The position numbers and the translations under genes are program-made. A DNA stretch of 64,000 nucleotides from Chiloscyllium plagiosum (lineage: Eukaryota), in contig NC_057718.1 in assembly GCF_004010195.1 (NCBI RefSeq), positions 48,481,859 through 48,545,858 on the forward strand. Reading direction: 5' to 3'. This document shows, one piece after another, positions 39,431 to 52,759 of this stretch. The notes under the pieces are model-generated. The model was not told the DNA's origin. It was given only the letters and a program-made list of their open reading frames with translations, and did not search any database. How positions within the stretch are numbered: position 1 is the first letter of the stretch; each line of letters starts with the position of its first letter.

Positions 39431-40218
39431 CTGGAATTAGAAAATCAGATGCCTTTGTTAGTATACTTAACTTTCACCCCAAACGAGAATATGAGAGCAA
39501 GAAAAGTGGAGCACATTAGTGAAGATGGAAAATAACACAGGGAAATGGGAGCTCTGCAAAAGATGCTCCAATTCCTCTATCCCTCCCTCTCAGGCATGTG
39601 CATCAGTTCAGTGGGTCATGATTTGGAGGTGCCTATATTAGACTGGCATGGACAAAGTTAAAAACCACACAACCTGTTGGACTATAATTTGGTGTTGTGT
39701 GATTATGCTGAGTTTTGCTTTGATAGCAAAATTGGTCCCTGTGTGGTTGTGGCATGTGATGTCTTATATAATGCCCTCCCAGGCTCTGAAACCCAGAGGA
39801 AACAGCCAACTGTGTCTCAATAATAGTCTGGTCAAAGGAATAAGCAATATATCTCTAGTTCAGCTGTAACCACGGGAGCAGCACCCTGTAATAGGAAAAT
39901 CACTTCAGTGGTTGAAATCTGTTGGATTATCACTTTTATTGTCAATGCTTATGCACCATAAAATTATTTCAAATCTCCTTTACCCAGTAATCTCCATGGA
40001 GCCCCTTGCCTGTTGAGTGACCTTCAGTCTTGAGTTAAATGGAATGACAACAGTAGAACACAAGTGGTGTTAGTGAAAGGGATTATCCTTGATTTCGGGG
40101 ATGCTTTGTGTTGGTTGCAAAAGAATGGTCAGTATTGATTTTTCATATGTCTAGACAACTTACATTAGCTGGATTGTGCTGCACAACTTTCCTAGGCATG
40201 TGTGTCAGCTCAGTGAGT

Positions 40219-40309
40219 CATGATTTGGACGTGCCTGTATTGGACTATCATGGACAAAGTTAAAAACCACACAATCTGTTGGACTATAATTTGGTGTTCT
40301 GTGATTTTT
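40219..40309. mobile_element. 91 bp collapsed fold-back PLE-end insertion
   Basis: Ends match the 1997-3093 family in both orientations. TSD AGCT(C/A)AGTGAGT at 40207-40218 and 40310-40321. Confidence 0.8.
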
Positions 40310-40329
40310 AGCTAAGTGAGTGACTGTAG

Positions 40330-41080
40330 GGATAATGGCCTCCTCCATCTCCTTGTTCTTATCTACCTCTTCCTCCTCCTCTTCCAAAGATCAGAGCTAT
40401 CATAACCTTCCTCACTACAGCTTCAACCCTCTGCTGCAGTACATTATTCCAATTGCAGAGCAGAAGACTATTATCATTCTGCAAACTCTACCTAGTGCAT
40501 ATGGTAGGGCACACTCTGAACAGTCCATTTATCTGAAGTGCATCATCAGCATCCCAAAAGCCTGCTGAATGATCACCTTTCTGCTCACTTGGCTTCAGTT
40601 GTACCTTTCCTGAGCTTCAGTGCAAGGGCCATCAGCTGTGTCCATGTCACAAAGGAACCCACCATTGTCTCTACTTGGAACTTAGAAAATCTGTGGGACA
40701 CTTAATTGCCTCAGAATGAAGACAGCATTGCAGTTTTGCACTTGTCTTTCACAGGTATGGATAGTGATGGTTACATTCAAGCTGAAAATTGACAAATTCT
40801 GCTGGTTGATCTGAGAACTTTTTAAATGCCACATATGTGCAATCTTTGACTCCCTGCATCTGTAGGAATCCAGCCAGAAAAAAGAAATCCAAAAATTCTC
40901 ACTTTCTGTCTGTCCTCATCAGTAGAAAATTGGATGATGTTGACTTGGTATCAGATGCCAGGGAGCTTATGAGCAACAAATGGGACATCCTGCAGATGTA
41001 ATCCTTGGCTCCCTGGAAAGAGCTGGAGATGAAGAGAGTCACAAGAGTGGCTGTTCTCCAAGAGATAACCACAATGCCAT
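40330..41080 (-). mobile_element. PIF/Harbinger (HARBI1-like) DDE transposase remnant
   Basis: Minus translations SSSFQGAKDYICRMS; LAGFLQMQGVKDCTYVAFK; FSLNV; VIIQQAFGMLMMHFR*MDCSECALPY..RVCRMIIVFC; acidic EEEEE tail. Confidence 0.8.
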
Positions 41081-42757
41081 TACTATATATTTATAGAAGG
41101 AGTAGCAATACTGAGAAGATTAGTTCTTTAGAAATTGGAAATAACCTCTATATATCCAAGATTGCTGACCTCAATGAGAAACCAACAGGGGAAGTTCCAT
41201 ACTTTTGGTATTCAGCTACTCGTGGTTTATCACTGCCTATAATCATTTAAATACCACAAAAAGCAAGTAAGTTTTAAAATGTCTCAATACATTTCAGTTA
41301 GTTTTCTATTCTCAGTTATTCATCTTGAAATTTGGCAAGTTGGGAGTAAGCATTTGGACAGTACTGCTTAAGCCAAAGTGAAATGGAAACATGTGAAATA
41401 ACTTACTTAGCAGCACCACTGATGCAGAAACTAGAACTCCAATTTTCCTAAGATGATGAAGAGGGCATTATAGTGTTCTGTAGGACAGAAAGTTAATCTG
41501 GGCTAAACTTTTCTCTAATTTGGATGTTTCAAAAGTACAGGAAAGACTTTTCCAGAAGTTTGACCATAGCTGGTGGAGAGCAGTCAAAGATCAAGTTATT
41601 ATGAATCAAAAAATTAAGTAATTGAGTGTAATGATCAATTTGTAACATGTGGGTACAATAATTCTTTTCTGTTAAGGTGCAAGATGCATTGCACAGGAGA
41701 GGTAGCAAAGAACAGTTGGTCTTATTTGGAACTGGAGGCCATACTTTGGTAAAAGCACAGATACCAGTTGCCAGGAAGCCTGGTGGTTTGAGCATCTTTT
41801 CGATATGGCACTTTTATCAGCACCATCAACAAGAGATATGTGCCATGCAGCTACAATTAGGGAATGATTATTCGCAAATACTTTCTTCTCTCCAAAGTAG
41901 TTGGGGCAGAAGTGATCAATTCCTTCATTAAATAAAATTAACTAAGTAAATATCTATAAAACCAAGTTAGAAATCTGCAAAAAGAACACTACAAATACTT
42001 AACAGGTCAGGTATCATCTGTGGAGAGAAAACATAGTTAACATTTCAGTAATTATATCTTCCTTCAGAACTCGCATCATGGCAAGAAATTTAAATGTGTA
42101 CATTGAGTCATATATTCATAGAGATGTACAGCATGGAAACAGACCCTTCGGTCCAACCCGTCCATGCCGACCAGATATCCCAACCCAATCAAGTCCCACC
42201 TGCCAGCATCCGGCCCATATCCCTCCAAACACTTCCTATTCATATACCCATCCAAATGCCTTTTAAATGGTGCAATTGTACTAACCTCCACCACTTCCTC
42301 TGGCAACACATTCCATACACGTACCACCCTCTGAGTGAAAAAGTTGCATCTTAGTTCTCTTTTATATCTTTCCCCTCTCACCCTAAACCTTATGCCCTCT
42401 AGTTCTGGACTCCCCAACCCCAAGAAAAATACTTTATCTATTTATCCTATCCATGCCCCTCATGATTTTGTAAACCTCTATAAGGTCACACCTCAGCCTC
42501 CAAATCTCCAGAGAAAACAGCCCTAGCCTGTTCAGCCTCTCCCTATAGCTGAAATCTACCAACCCTGGCAACATCCTTGGAAATCTTTTCTGAACCCTTT
42601 CAAGTTTCACAACATCTTTCCGATAGGAAGGAGACCAGAATTGCACAGAATAGTCTAAAAGTGGCCTAACCAATGTCCTGCACAGCTGCAACATGACCTC
42701 CCAACTGCTGTACTCAATACTCTGACCAATAAAGGAAAGCATATCAAATGCCTTCTT

Positions 42758-45062
42758 AAGAGAAGAGTACTAAACTGGGCCAAGGCCAATTATATCAAAA
42801 TTAGGTAGGAGCTGGGAAATGTGGTTTGGACAGAGCTATTTGAAGGGAAGTCTACATTTGAGATGTGGGAGGCTTTCAAAGACAGGTTAACGGTAGTGCA
42901 GGATAGGCATGTCCCATTGAAGGCAAAGGATAGGAAAGGCAAGATTCGTGAACCGTGGATGACAGGAGAAATTGTACGACTAGCCAAGAGGAAAAGGGAA
43001 GCGTACATAAGTTGAAACTTTATTGCTGGAACAGCACAGCAGGTCAGGCAGCATCCAGGGAACAGGAGATCTGCAGACCTCACTTTCTCCTCGAAGCATA
43101 CATAAGGTCTAGGCAGCTAAGAACAGAATGGGCCCTGGAGGAATATTGGAAGAGTAGGACAAGTCTTAAGCAAGGAATCAAGTGGGCTAAGAGGGGTCAT
43201 GAAATAGCTTTAGCAAGCAGAATTAAGGAAAATCACAAAGCATTTTATTCTTATATAAGAAGCAAGCGGGTAACTAGAGAAAGGATTGGTCCACTAAAAG
43301 ATAATGAAGGAAGGCTGTGTGCCGAACCTGGGAGAATGGGTGAGATACTGAATGATTACTTTGTATCAGTGTTCACTGAGGTGAGGCACATGATAAATGT
43401 TGAGATTAGACTTAGATGTTTGTTTAGTCTGGATCACATTGACATAGGTAGGGAAGATGTGTTGGGTTAGAGGTTATTAAGGTGGACAAATCCCCAGACA
43501 AATCCCCAGGACTGGATGGGATTTATCCCAGGTTGCTGAGGGAGGCAAGAGAGAAAATAGCTGGGGCCCTGACAGATTTCTTTGTGGCATCCTTAAATAC
43601 AGGTGAGGTGTCGGAGGACTGGAAGGTTGCTCATATTGTCCCCCTGTACAAGAAGCGTAGTAGGGATATTCCGGGTAACTACAGACCAGTGAGCCTGACG
43701 TCGGTGGTGGGGAAGTTGCTGGAGAGGGTACTGAGAGATATGATCTATTTATATTTAGAAAAGAATGAGCTTATCAGTGATAGGCAACTTGGTTTTGTAC
43801 AGGGGAGATCGTACTTTACCAACTTAATAGAGTTCTTTGAGGAAGTGACCAAGTTGTGAGATGAAGAAAGGGCTGTTGATGTCATATACATGGACTTTAG
43901 TAAGGCATTTGATAAGGTTCCCCATTGTAGATTAATGGAGAAATTGAAGTCACATGGTGTGCAGGGTGCTCTAGCTAGGTGGATAAAGAACTGATTGAGC
44001 AATAGGAGACAGAGAGTAGCAGTTGAAGGGGATTTCTCGAAATGGAGAAAGGTGGCCAGTGGTGTTCCACAGGGGTCAGTGTTGGGGCCACTGCTGTTTG
44101 TAATATACATAAATGATCTAGAAGAGGGCACTGTTGATATGATCAGCAAGTTTGCAGATGACACAAAGATTGGTGGAGTAGCAGAAAGCACAAAGGACTG
44201 TCAGAGAATACAGGAGGATATAGATAGACTCGAGAGTTGGGCAGAAAAGTGGCAGATGGCTTTCAATCCAGACAAATGTAAGGTGATGCATTTTGGCAAG
44301 ACTAATTCTAGAGCAACTTATACAATGAACGGAAGAGCTTTGGAAAAAGTTGATGGGCAGTGAGATCTGGGAGTGCAGGTCCATTGTACCCTGAAGGTTG
44401 CTGCACAGGTGGATAGAGTGGTCAAATATAGTATTCTTGCCTTCATTGGATGGGGCATTGAGTATAAGAGCTGGCAAGTCATGTTAAGATTATACAAGAC
44501 ATTGGTTCGGCTGCATTTAGAATACTGTGTACAGTTCTGGTCACCACATTACCAAAAGGATGAGGACACTTTGGAGAGAGTGCAGAGAAGGTTTATGAGG
44601 ATGTTCCCTCGTATGGAAGGTACTAGCAAATGAAGAGAGGTTGAGTAGGTTAGGTTTATTTTCATTAGAAAAAAGGAGATTGAGAGGGGAACTGAGAGGT
44701 TTACAAAATCATGAAGGGTATAGACAGGGTGGATAGAGACAAGCTTTTTCCCAGGGTGAAGGATTCAATAACGAGAGGTCATGCTTTCAAGGAGAGAGGT
44801 GGAAAGTTTAAGGGGAATACAAGTGGCAAGTACTTCACACAGAGGGTGGTGGGCATTTGGAACGCGTTGCCAGCAGAGGTGCTAGAGGCAGGCATGGTAG
44901 ATTCATTTAAGATGTGTCTGGACAGATGCAAGAGTAGATGGGGAGCAGAGGGATACAAATGCTTAGGAATTGACCGACAGGTTTAGACAGTACATTTGGA
45001 TCTGCTCAGGCTTTAAGGGCCGAAGGGCCTGTTCCTGGGCTGTAAATTTTCTTTGTTCTTTG
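42758..45062 (+). mobile_element. CR1 LINE of a different subfamily (2.3 kb, nested)
   Basis: [40 protein letters not shown]; (TTCTTTG)n tail. Confidence 0.97.
43012..43092. mobile_element. 81 bp collapsed PLE fold-back insertion
   Basis: TSD GAAGC(G/A)TACATAAG at 42998-43011 and 43093-43106. Confidence 0.85.
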
Positions 45063-45289
45063 TTCATCACAATTCTATCTACCTGTGACTCCACTTTCAA
45101 GGAGCTGTGAACCTGTACTCCAAGGTCTCTTTGTTCAGCAACACTCCCTAGGACCTTACCATTAAGTGTATAGGTCCTGCTAAGATTTGCTTTCCCAAAA
45201 TGCAGCATCTCGCATTTATCTAAATTAAACTCCATCTGCCACTTCTCAGCCCCTTGGCCCATCTGATCAAACTCCCGTTGTAATCTAAG

Positions 45290-45960
45290 GACAGAAAATT
45301 GTTGGAAATGACAGAGGAAAGGTCAGTTATAGAATGGATTTTGTTAGAGATTAAATGCCAAAAGAGATGATGGCATTGAGCAGCAAATGAAGAGGCAAAA
45401 GTTAGGCATGGAGGAGTGTAAGTGGGAATTAAAGGATTAATATCAACTGAAAATAATAAAAGGCCAGTGGTTAAGATCTGCTTTGTTAAATGCAATATTA
45501 AGTTTGGAAGACTTTAAAGGGTGAATCAAAAGTTGAGGTGCTTTCCTTTTAGTGCTAATCTCATTGGAACAGAGTAGGAAGTTGAGGACAGAGAGATGTA
45601 TAGGGAAATAAAATGACAAGGGATGAGAAGCTCAGAGCTGTGCAGACTGAATGTTCGTGTTCCACAATACAGTGAGTTAGGTCCTTCCCAGTGTAGAAGG
45701 CACCACACCAAGAGCAGTGAATACATGCCATTTTGAAAGAAGTACCAATAAGTAGCTTTCTCACCTGGAAGACACTGGCTGAAGAAAAGGGAGGAGGTAA
45801 GAAGGATAAATGTGTCTTGTCCTTTTATATAGGCAGATTTTGCAGTAAGGGTTGGACTGTGATTTTGAAGAGGGAATGATCCCATCTGAATGCTGAAAGA
45901 TAGGAGGAGTGTGTTTTCTGTGTTACATGTGATCCACATATAGAAAGAGTGAAATCTCAA
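45290..45960 (-). mobile_element. Old PLE remnant
   Basis: ACIHCSWCGAFYTGK..EHEHSV (GIY-YIG-like) in ORF 45561-45764. Confidence 0.65.
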
Positions 45961-46249
45961 TGTAGTTCTAGGGGATTACAAACTTACACTTGGAATTAGA
46001 ATTATTGGGGGGATAAGCATAGATGGAGATAACTAAATATTACTCAGATCACAATTGTTCCTACAGAAGGCCAGAATGCTGAAGGCAGCTTGGATAATAA
46101 AAACCCTGGATTGCCTCATAATTACATTTGGAGATTGGATTTTTAAAATTTAATACTTGTCTGAGGTGGTTATGGTCTGAGAGTATCCGCGATCATGTTC
46201 TTGGAAAACGTGGATACAGTAGAGTAAATAACTTGCAAATTTTTTTTCT

Positions 46250-49200
46250 TTTCTGCTGCCTTTGACAGAGTAAAAATAGTTTATATACCACATGTGACTT
46301 TGGACAGAAGGAGCTTCAATATACAAAGCTAGATGCTGAAGGTACTATCATCATGAGATATGGGGGTGTCCAGAATGGAAAGGTTAATGAAAGAGCAGTC
46401 AAGATACATTTTATGGCCCAAAGGAACATATTGTGGAAAAAATTCAAAACATCTGATCTTTCTAGTCATTCAATTGGCAAAGCTCTCTACTCTGTCCTGG
46501 AAAATTTAGATGCGCCAAATTTCCGACAATAGATGACTGTATTTATGGAGCTGCTCACCTGGAAAGAATTACAAGGCCACACTAGGGAGAATGAAGATTT
46601 ATAATAGGATACTGGCTGAAATGTGGAAGGCAGTAAAGAAGGATGCCTTGATTGCAGAAAGACCCAATGTAAAGAATAAAAATGTAAAAACTTTGGAACA
46701 CAAACTTGGGGTCTTGTTGGATAATTTTCTTTGTTTTAAATAAGAAATAAAGTTGGAGGGAGAAGTACATAACATGACTAGAGGTGCTTTGATGAACTGT
46801 TGAATGTATTTAAATGGGAAATGTGTGTTACCAAAAGACATTAGACAATATCTTGTTTTGCTAATACTCTTGAAATTCTACAGTCGGGTCTCAAATGTGA
46901 GAATATTTGAAATGCTAACAGCCAACTGACCTCTTAGATTTGTCCCTCCAGTCCTATAATTTTCCAATAACATCATCCAGCTGAACTTTGTATGCTTGTA
47001 CTTTTTTTGTCTTTCCTACCTGTCTGGAGAATATTCCAAAACATTGATTATCCTTTTTACTAAAGAATTTCTTTCTCAAGTTATTTAAAATTTACATTAA
47101 GTTTCTGTCTTCTGGCTAATATTTAGACTTTACAGCATTTAATACTTTATACATCTCACTGAAGTTCCGATTAACTGTCTTCTTTGTAGATGATGCAACT
47201 TGGCTGCCATGTTTTCTGATAGCTCATTGATTTGCACTAAGAATCATTCTTGTTTCTCTTTGTTTCTCTTTGCATCATTTCCAATGAGCTTTCATATATT
47301 CTTAACATCTTAAGAGCCTTTGTGACATGGGGATGAATTTAATTGCCAAACGTAGAATTGAATTTGAGACTTAAATTTGGTTCTAATGGAGATAGAATAA
47401 AGTATTGGGCGTAAACCCACGAACAGACAAAGATTGGCAGTTAAGTTTTGTAATGAGGCTGAAAACCTCAATTTTGGCTTATTTTATCAGTCTTTAAGTG
47501 GCTGGCCAATTTCCAATTGGGAAAACTAACAGCTCAAGAGACAGGAGGACAATTTCAAAGAGAATGTCAGTGCCTTTGCAATATTGCTTGTGGACCAGGA
47601 AGTGCAGAAATGTATCCCAATTGATCCTCAAGTTCTCCTGCCAAACAACATGTTATTTTGTTCCTCACCAAGCAAAGAATATGGGGCAGGACTAGAAAAT
47701 TCCAATACTTGGACTAATGGTCTATAAACATAGTTCCAATCCCACCCTGACAACTGAGAAATACAAATTCGGTTAATTAAATAAATCTGGAAAAAATTGA
47801 TATCCATAATGGTGAACATGAAACTCCTGGATTATCGTAAAGAAATCTATTTTGCTCATTAATGAACTTGAAGGAAGGAAATCTGCTGACCTTGTAATGT
47901 CTGGTTCGAAGAATCACAGATATGTGATTGATATTAAATGATCTCAGAAATAACCTAACAAGTATCCAGGATCCAAAGATCAGTTCTTCCCTGGACCCAC
48001 ATGCAACCTTTCCCTTCCTGGGAAAATCCCACCTAGGTTGTGGGTCAGATTGCTCTCCCACGCAGGTTGTAGATTTGATCAATGTATGACTGCTCTGGAC
48101 CTCCCTGTTCAACTGGAAGCCAAACCTATCAATCAGGATGCCTTCTGGACAGGTTCCTGTCACTGATAGGAGATACTTACAGGGAAACCCAAACGTCCCA
48201 TCTGACAGCATGTTCAACTTGCCTTTGTAATCAGCCCAGTTAATGTTCAGTCCATAGTTCATAAGAAGCATCAATGACACTTATATCAGCTACGATTTTA
48301 AATTAAATGATTTGGATAGTCTTAATTGCAAGTTGATATAAGGAAATGTCATGTTTATGGAAAAATAGAAACCATTCCATACTGATGTTCCTTTTGTTTT
48401 TGTCTGTAATTGTATAATTCATGATTACAGTGTTTCAGATGACATTTCATTTCTGTAGGGATGGATAATATTGTGGCATTGTGGATGTGCTAAACCATTT
48501 TCTGTATTATTCACTATGCAAAGGGCATGGATGCACAGTGGATATAAATAAATACTGAACTGCTGTCTGAAAGGGCCTGGAAGCTGTTCTTTGAATCAAA
48601 CTGCTACAAAACTATTTATGATTAAAATGGGATTTTTATAAAGTAATGGTTCTGAAGGAATTGGATAATGTCATAAGGACTTAGATGGGGAAAAATTAGA
48701 ACATCTTATGATTTCAAAATGGACAGACCTGTTATCCAAAGTCTCCTCATAACCTTTGTAGCAACGTCTGACCTCCTAATGTGGCTTGTAATTTATAGCT
48801 ATCATGCAGTTTTGTTTTAGACCATCTTCTTGCTAAGACTGACTGGAAAGGGTTGGTGGCAGAAAACTACTCCAAATCCAAGCTGATGGTTGTTGGGATC
48901 ACCACAGATGCAACATAGTATGTGGTGGTGCAGAATAAAATTTGATTATGCTATGTAGCTGAATTCCAGCATACCCAGAAGAAAATTCCAGTTACGGCTT
49001 TAAGAGCAACTCTGGCAGATAGTCAGCAGTACAAGGAACTGAACAATCATATAACCTGCATTCAAATTCTTGGAAAAGATCAACAAGGGACGAAAAAGTA
49101 TTCTTAATAGAATTATTTTTACTTCAGATCTGATTAAAAATGTGCAGAAACAAATGTGATCCAGCAGATAGTTGCATGTGGCAGTTAGCGATTTCACTGG

Positions 49201-49950
49201 AAAATGTGAATCTGTAAATGTAGTCCCAATTCGAGGTCCACCTCAGAAGCAAACAGACATTGAATCTCCACAGTACTTGCTTAGCAAAGGAAAGCTTTGA
49301 ATTAATTGTTAAGGATGGACTAAAAAGCCTTGAAGTAAAAAAAAACCACTTTATTGACAGTATATAAGCATTACCACCATAGCGTGTTACCATGATAATA
49401 TATTAGGGAATACAAGAACCATAAAAGTAAATTAAACCAAGATCACAGTACTAGTGACATAGTGAATCCTGAATTAAGGTGTCAAATGGATATTTTTAAA
49501 GCATGAACAGACAGATTCTGATTGAGGAATGCAGTAAAAAGATTATTGAGCCCATAGTAAAAGTGGGAGTCCATAATTTAAACTGTGGTTTTGGCAGAAA
49601 GAATTTATTAAAGCCACAGTCAACTGCTTTATTTGAGAAAAGCCCAAATAAGGACAAGCATTGTATTTTTAGGCTGTGCAAATTCATTGATTTTATCCCC
49701 AAAAAAGCAGGAAAACTTCATTTTGCCCGCAAAAGGTGGCAAACCTCTACTTTGGCTGCAGAAGGTGGAAAATGTCCATTCGACCACAAAAATCCAGGAA
49801 AACCACCAGTAAGCCACACAGAGGCGCTGATATATTACGGAGTTCTAAAACTTTTAAAACAGGGAAAATAAAACAGCCTTGCTGTATTGAAGAAGTAAGA
49901 ATCTATCTGGGAAAGAATTTAAGCAGTTTTGACATGTTACAAGATTAAAA
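46250..49950 (+). mobile_element. Possible highly decayed LTR retroelement or ERV internal region
   Basis: MGVSR..YILWPKGTY (matrix-like WPxxGT) near 46359-46430. FLG / LCKFIDFIP / GKPL / KLLKQ..LAVL..KEF (RT thumb/connection-like) near 49665-49920. A-rich plus strand. Confidence 0.35.
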
Positions 49951-50007
49951 GCTTTTAAAGTTAATAAATAAAATCAACATTGAGGTACTAGAGAATTAAG
50001 AATTTTA

Positions 50008-50435
50008 AAATAGGAAGGGAAACGCTGAATAGGCTTGGGCCTATTTTCCTTGGAGCTGAGAGGTGATCTTATAGACGTTTATAAAATCATGAGGGGCATA
50101 GATAGGGTAAATAGCCAAGGCCTTTTTCCCAGGGTAGGGGAGTCCAAAACTAGAGGGCATAGGTATACAGTGAGAGGGGAAAGATTTAAAAGGGACCTAA
50201 GGAGCAACTTTTTCACGCAGAGGGTGGTGCGTGTATGGAATGAGCTGCCAGAGGAAGTGATGGAGGCACGGCTAAAAGACATCTGGTTAGATACATCAAT
50301 AGGAAGAGTTTGGAGGGATATACATCAAATGCTGGCAAATGGGACTAGATTAATTTAGGATTTCTGGTCAGCATGGACAAATTGAATCCAAGTGTTTGTT
50401 TCTGTGCTGTATGTCTCTATGACACTGTGACTGTA
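50008..50435 (+). mobile_element. CR1 LINE 3' end
   Basis: ORF 50035-50358. Confidence 0.92.
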
Positions 50436-50620
50436 TAAGAGTAAGTAACCATGTTAAGAAGAAATGATGGAAGAAATAATATTGTTTGGCAGCAGTGCTA
50501 ACCACTGTGCCACCGTGCCGCCCACGGTGCTTCTGTGCTGTATGTCTCTATGACACTGTGACTGTATAAGAGTAAGTAACCATGTTAAGAAGAAATGATG
50601 GAAGAAATAATATTGTTTGG
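50400..50620 (+). repeat. Perfect 90 bp direct repeat flanking a 41 bp inverted SINE head
   Basis: 50400-50489 is identical to 50531-50620. Confidence 0.95.
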
Positions 50621-51214
50621 AAAATTTAATATCAGGGGTAGGTCAAATAGAAAACAGGATTGCATTATTTTGGAGAAATAGTTTGTAAGATATAGAATAG
50701 TTTCCAAACTAGAAACTAAATCCCAAATTGAACGAGTAAAAACATGAGTGTTTACCAGCTGATGATGTTCACCTAATGTCTGCCACATTAACATCTTTAT
50801 ATGAATAGTCACTTATGTCATGTATCTTTAGAGCTTTTAGTACTTTATAGAATGGCTGTGGTAATGCTATCTTCCTCCCCATAGGAAGTCTTTGTGATTC
50901 TTATTGCTTTCTGCTTTCAATACAACTTGAATTGCTTTCACAAAAGCTCACTCTTCTTTAGATTGTAATAAATCTGAAAAAGATTCAAAAACAATTCTGT
51001 CTCTTATAATCCAGGAATAAACATTTGTTGAATGACCAGTCAAATAGGATGGGAAATGCACGGTTACAGCGATAGGGAAAGGGAGGCGTGTCTGAATGTG
51101 ATGCTCTTCAGAAGGTTGATGTGGACTCAATGGACCAAATGGCCTGCTTCCACACTTTAGGGATTCTATGATAAGCAGTAACTGGTGGAATATTTCACTG
51201 GACTTCCTAGACTC

Positions 51215-52735
51215 TCATATTACTGAGGAGGAAATGCTAGACATCTTAAAAGTGGATAAATCCCTGGGACCTGATCAGGTGTACCCTAGAACTCTGTGGG
51301 AAGCTATGGAAGAGATTGCTGAGCCTCTTGTTGAGATGTTTGTATCATTGTTAGCTACAGGCAAGGTGCTGGAAGACTGGAGGTTGGCTAATGTGGTGCC
51401 ATAATTTAAGAAAGATGGTAAGGAAAAACTAGGAAACATAGGACCGGTGAGCCTGACATTGGTGGTGGGCAGGTTTTTGGAGGCAATCCTGAGGGACAGG
51501 AGTTACATATATTTGGAAAGGAAAGGACTGGTTAGGGATAGTCAACATGGCTTTGTGCGTGGGAAGTCATGCCTCACTAATTTGATTGAATTTTTTGAAG
51601 AAATAACAATGAGGATTGATGAGGGCAACATGGTGGATGTGATCTACATCGACTTCATTAAGGCATTCGATAACATTCCTCATAGTAGACTGGTTAGAAA
51701 GGTTAGATCACATGGAATAGAGGGGGAGCTAGCTATTTGGATACAGTACTGGCTCCTAGGTGGTGGAGCATTGTTTTTCATGACTAGTGGTGTGCCACAA
51801 GGATCAGTGCTGAGTCCACTGCTTTTTGACATTTAAGTAAGTGATTTGGATGTGAACTTTGGAGGTATGCAGATGACACCAAAATTGAAGATATAGCGGA
51901 CAGTGAAGAAGGTTACCTCAGAGTACAATGGGATCTTGATCAGATGGGTCAATGGGCTGAGGAGTGGCAGATGGAGTTAATTTAAATAAATGTGAAGTGC
52001 TATATTTTGGAAAGGTAAATCAGGCTAGGACTTATACACTTAATAGTAAAGTCCTGGGAAGTGCTGCTGAGCAAAGAGACCTTGGAGTGCAGGTTCATTG
52101 TTCCTTGAACGTGAAGTCACACGTCGATAGGATAGTAAAGAAGGCATTCGGTGCGCTTGCCTTTATTGGTCAGTGCATTGAGTATATGAGTTGGGAGGTC
52201 ATGCTGAGGCTGTGTAGGACATTGGTTTGGCCATTATTGGAAGACTGTGTGCAATTCTAGTTTCTCTGCTACAAGAGGAGGTTGGAGGGTCTGAGCTATA
52301 GGAAGAGTTGAGTAGGCTGGGGGCATTTTCTCTTTAGAGTTAAAGGCTGAGGAATGACGTTTTGGAGGTTTATAAAATCATGAGGGGTATGGATTGGGTA
52401 AATAGACAAAATTTCTCCCTGGGCTGGGCGAGTCCCAAACTAGTGGACATAGGTTAAGGTGAGAAGGAAAAGATTTAAAAGGGATCTAAGGGGCAACTTT
52501 TTCATGCAGAGGGTGGTGCATGTATTGAATGAGCTGCCAGAGAAGTTGAAGAGACTGGTACAATTACAGCATTTAAATGACATCTGGATGGGTATATGAA
52601 TAGCAACGGTTTAGAGGGATATGAGCCAAATGTTGCAAATGGGACTAGGTTAATTTAGGATATCTGGTCAGTATGGATGAGTTGGGCTGAAGAGTCTGTT
52701 TCGATGCTGTACATCTCTGTGTCTCTATGACTCAT
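51215..52735 (+). mobile_element. CR1 LINE
   Basis: [29 protein letters not shown]; tail. Confidence 0.95.
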
Positions 52736-52759
52736 TGCAGAACTCAAGAAAGAAGGAAT

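Larger units (their letters stand above)
42106..45288 (-). mobile_element. CR1 LINE (42106-42757 and 45066-45288) split by another CR1
   Basis: The frame ..QVDRIV|..AFDMLSFIGQSIEY is continuous across the insertion. Confidence 0.9.

Noticed and set aside
41005..41250. 81 aa plus-strand ORF
   Set aside because: Partly antisense to the Harbinger transposase remnant, with no other support.
41407..41477. Minus-strand exon with good splice signals
   Set aside because: Stops in all three frames; could only be non-coding.
46269..46532. Plus-strand 87-codon frame after a good acceptor
   Set aside because: No homology recognised; overlaps the putative Gag-like fossil in another frame.
49740..49780. 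LAAEGGKC as an Env immunosuppressive motif
   Set aside because: Lacks the upstream QNRxxLD and the CX6CC motif, and lies amid Pol-like remnants.
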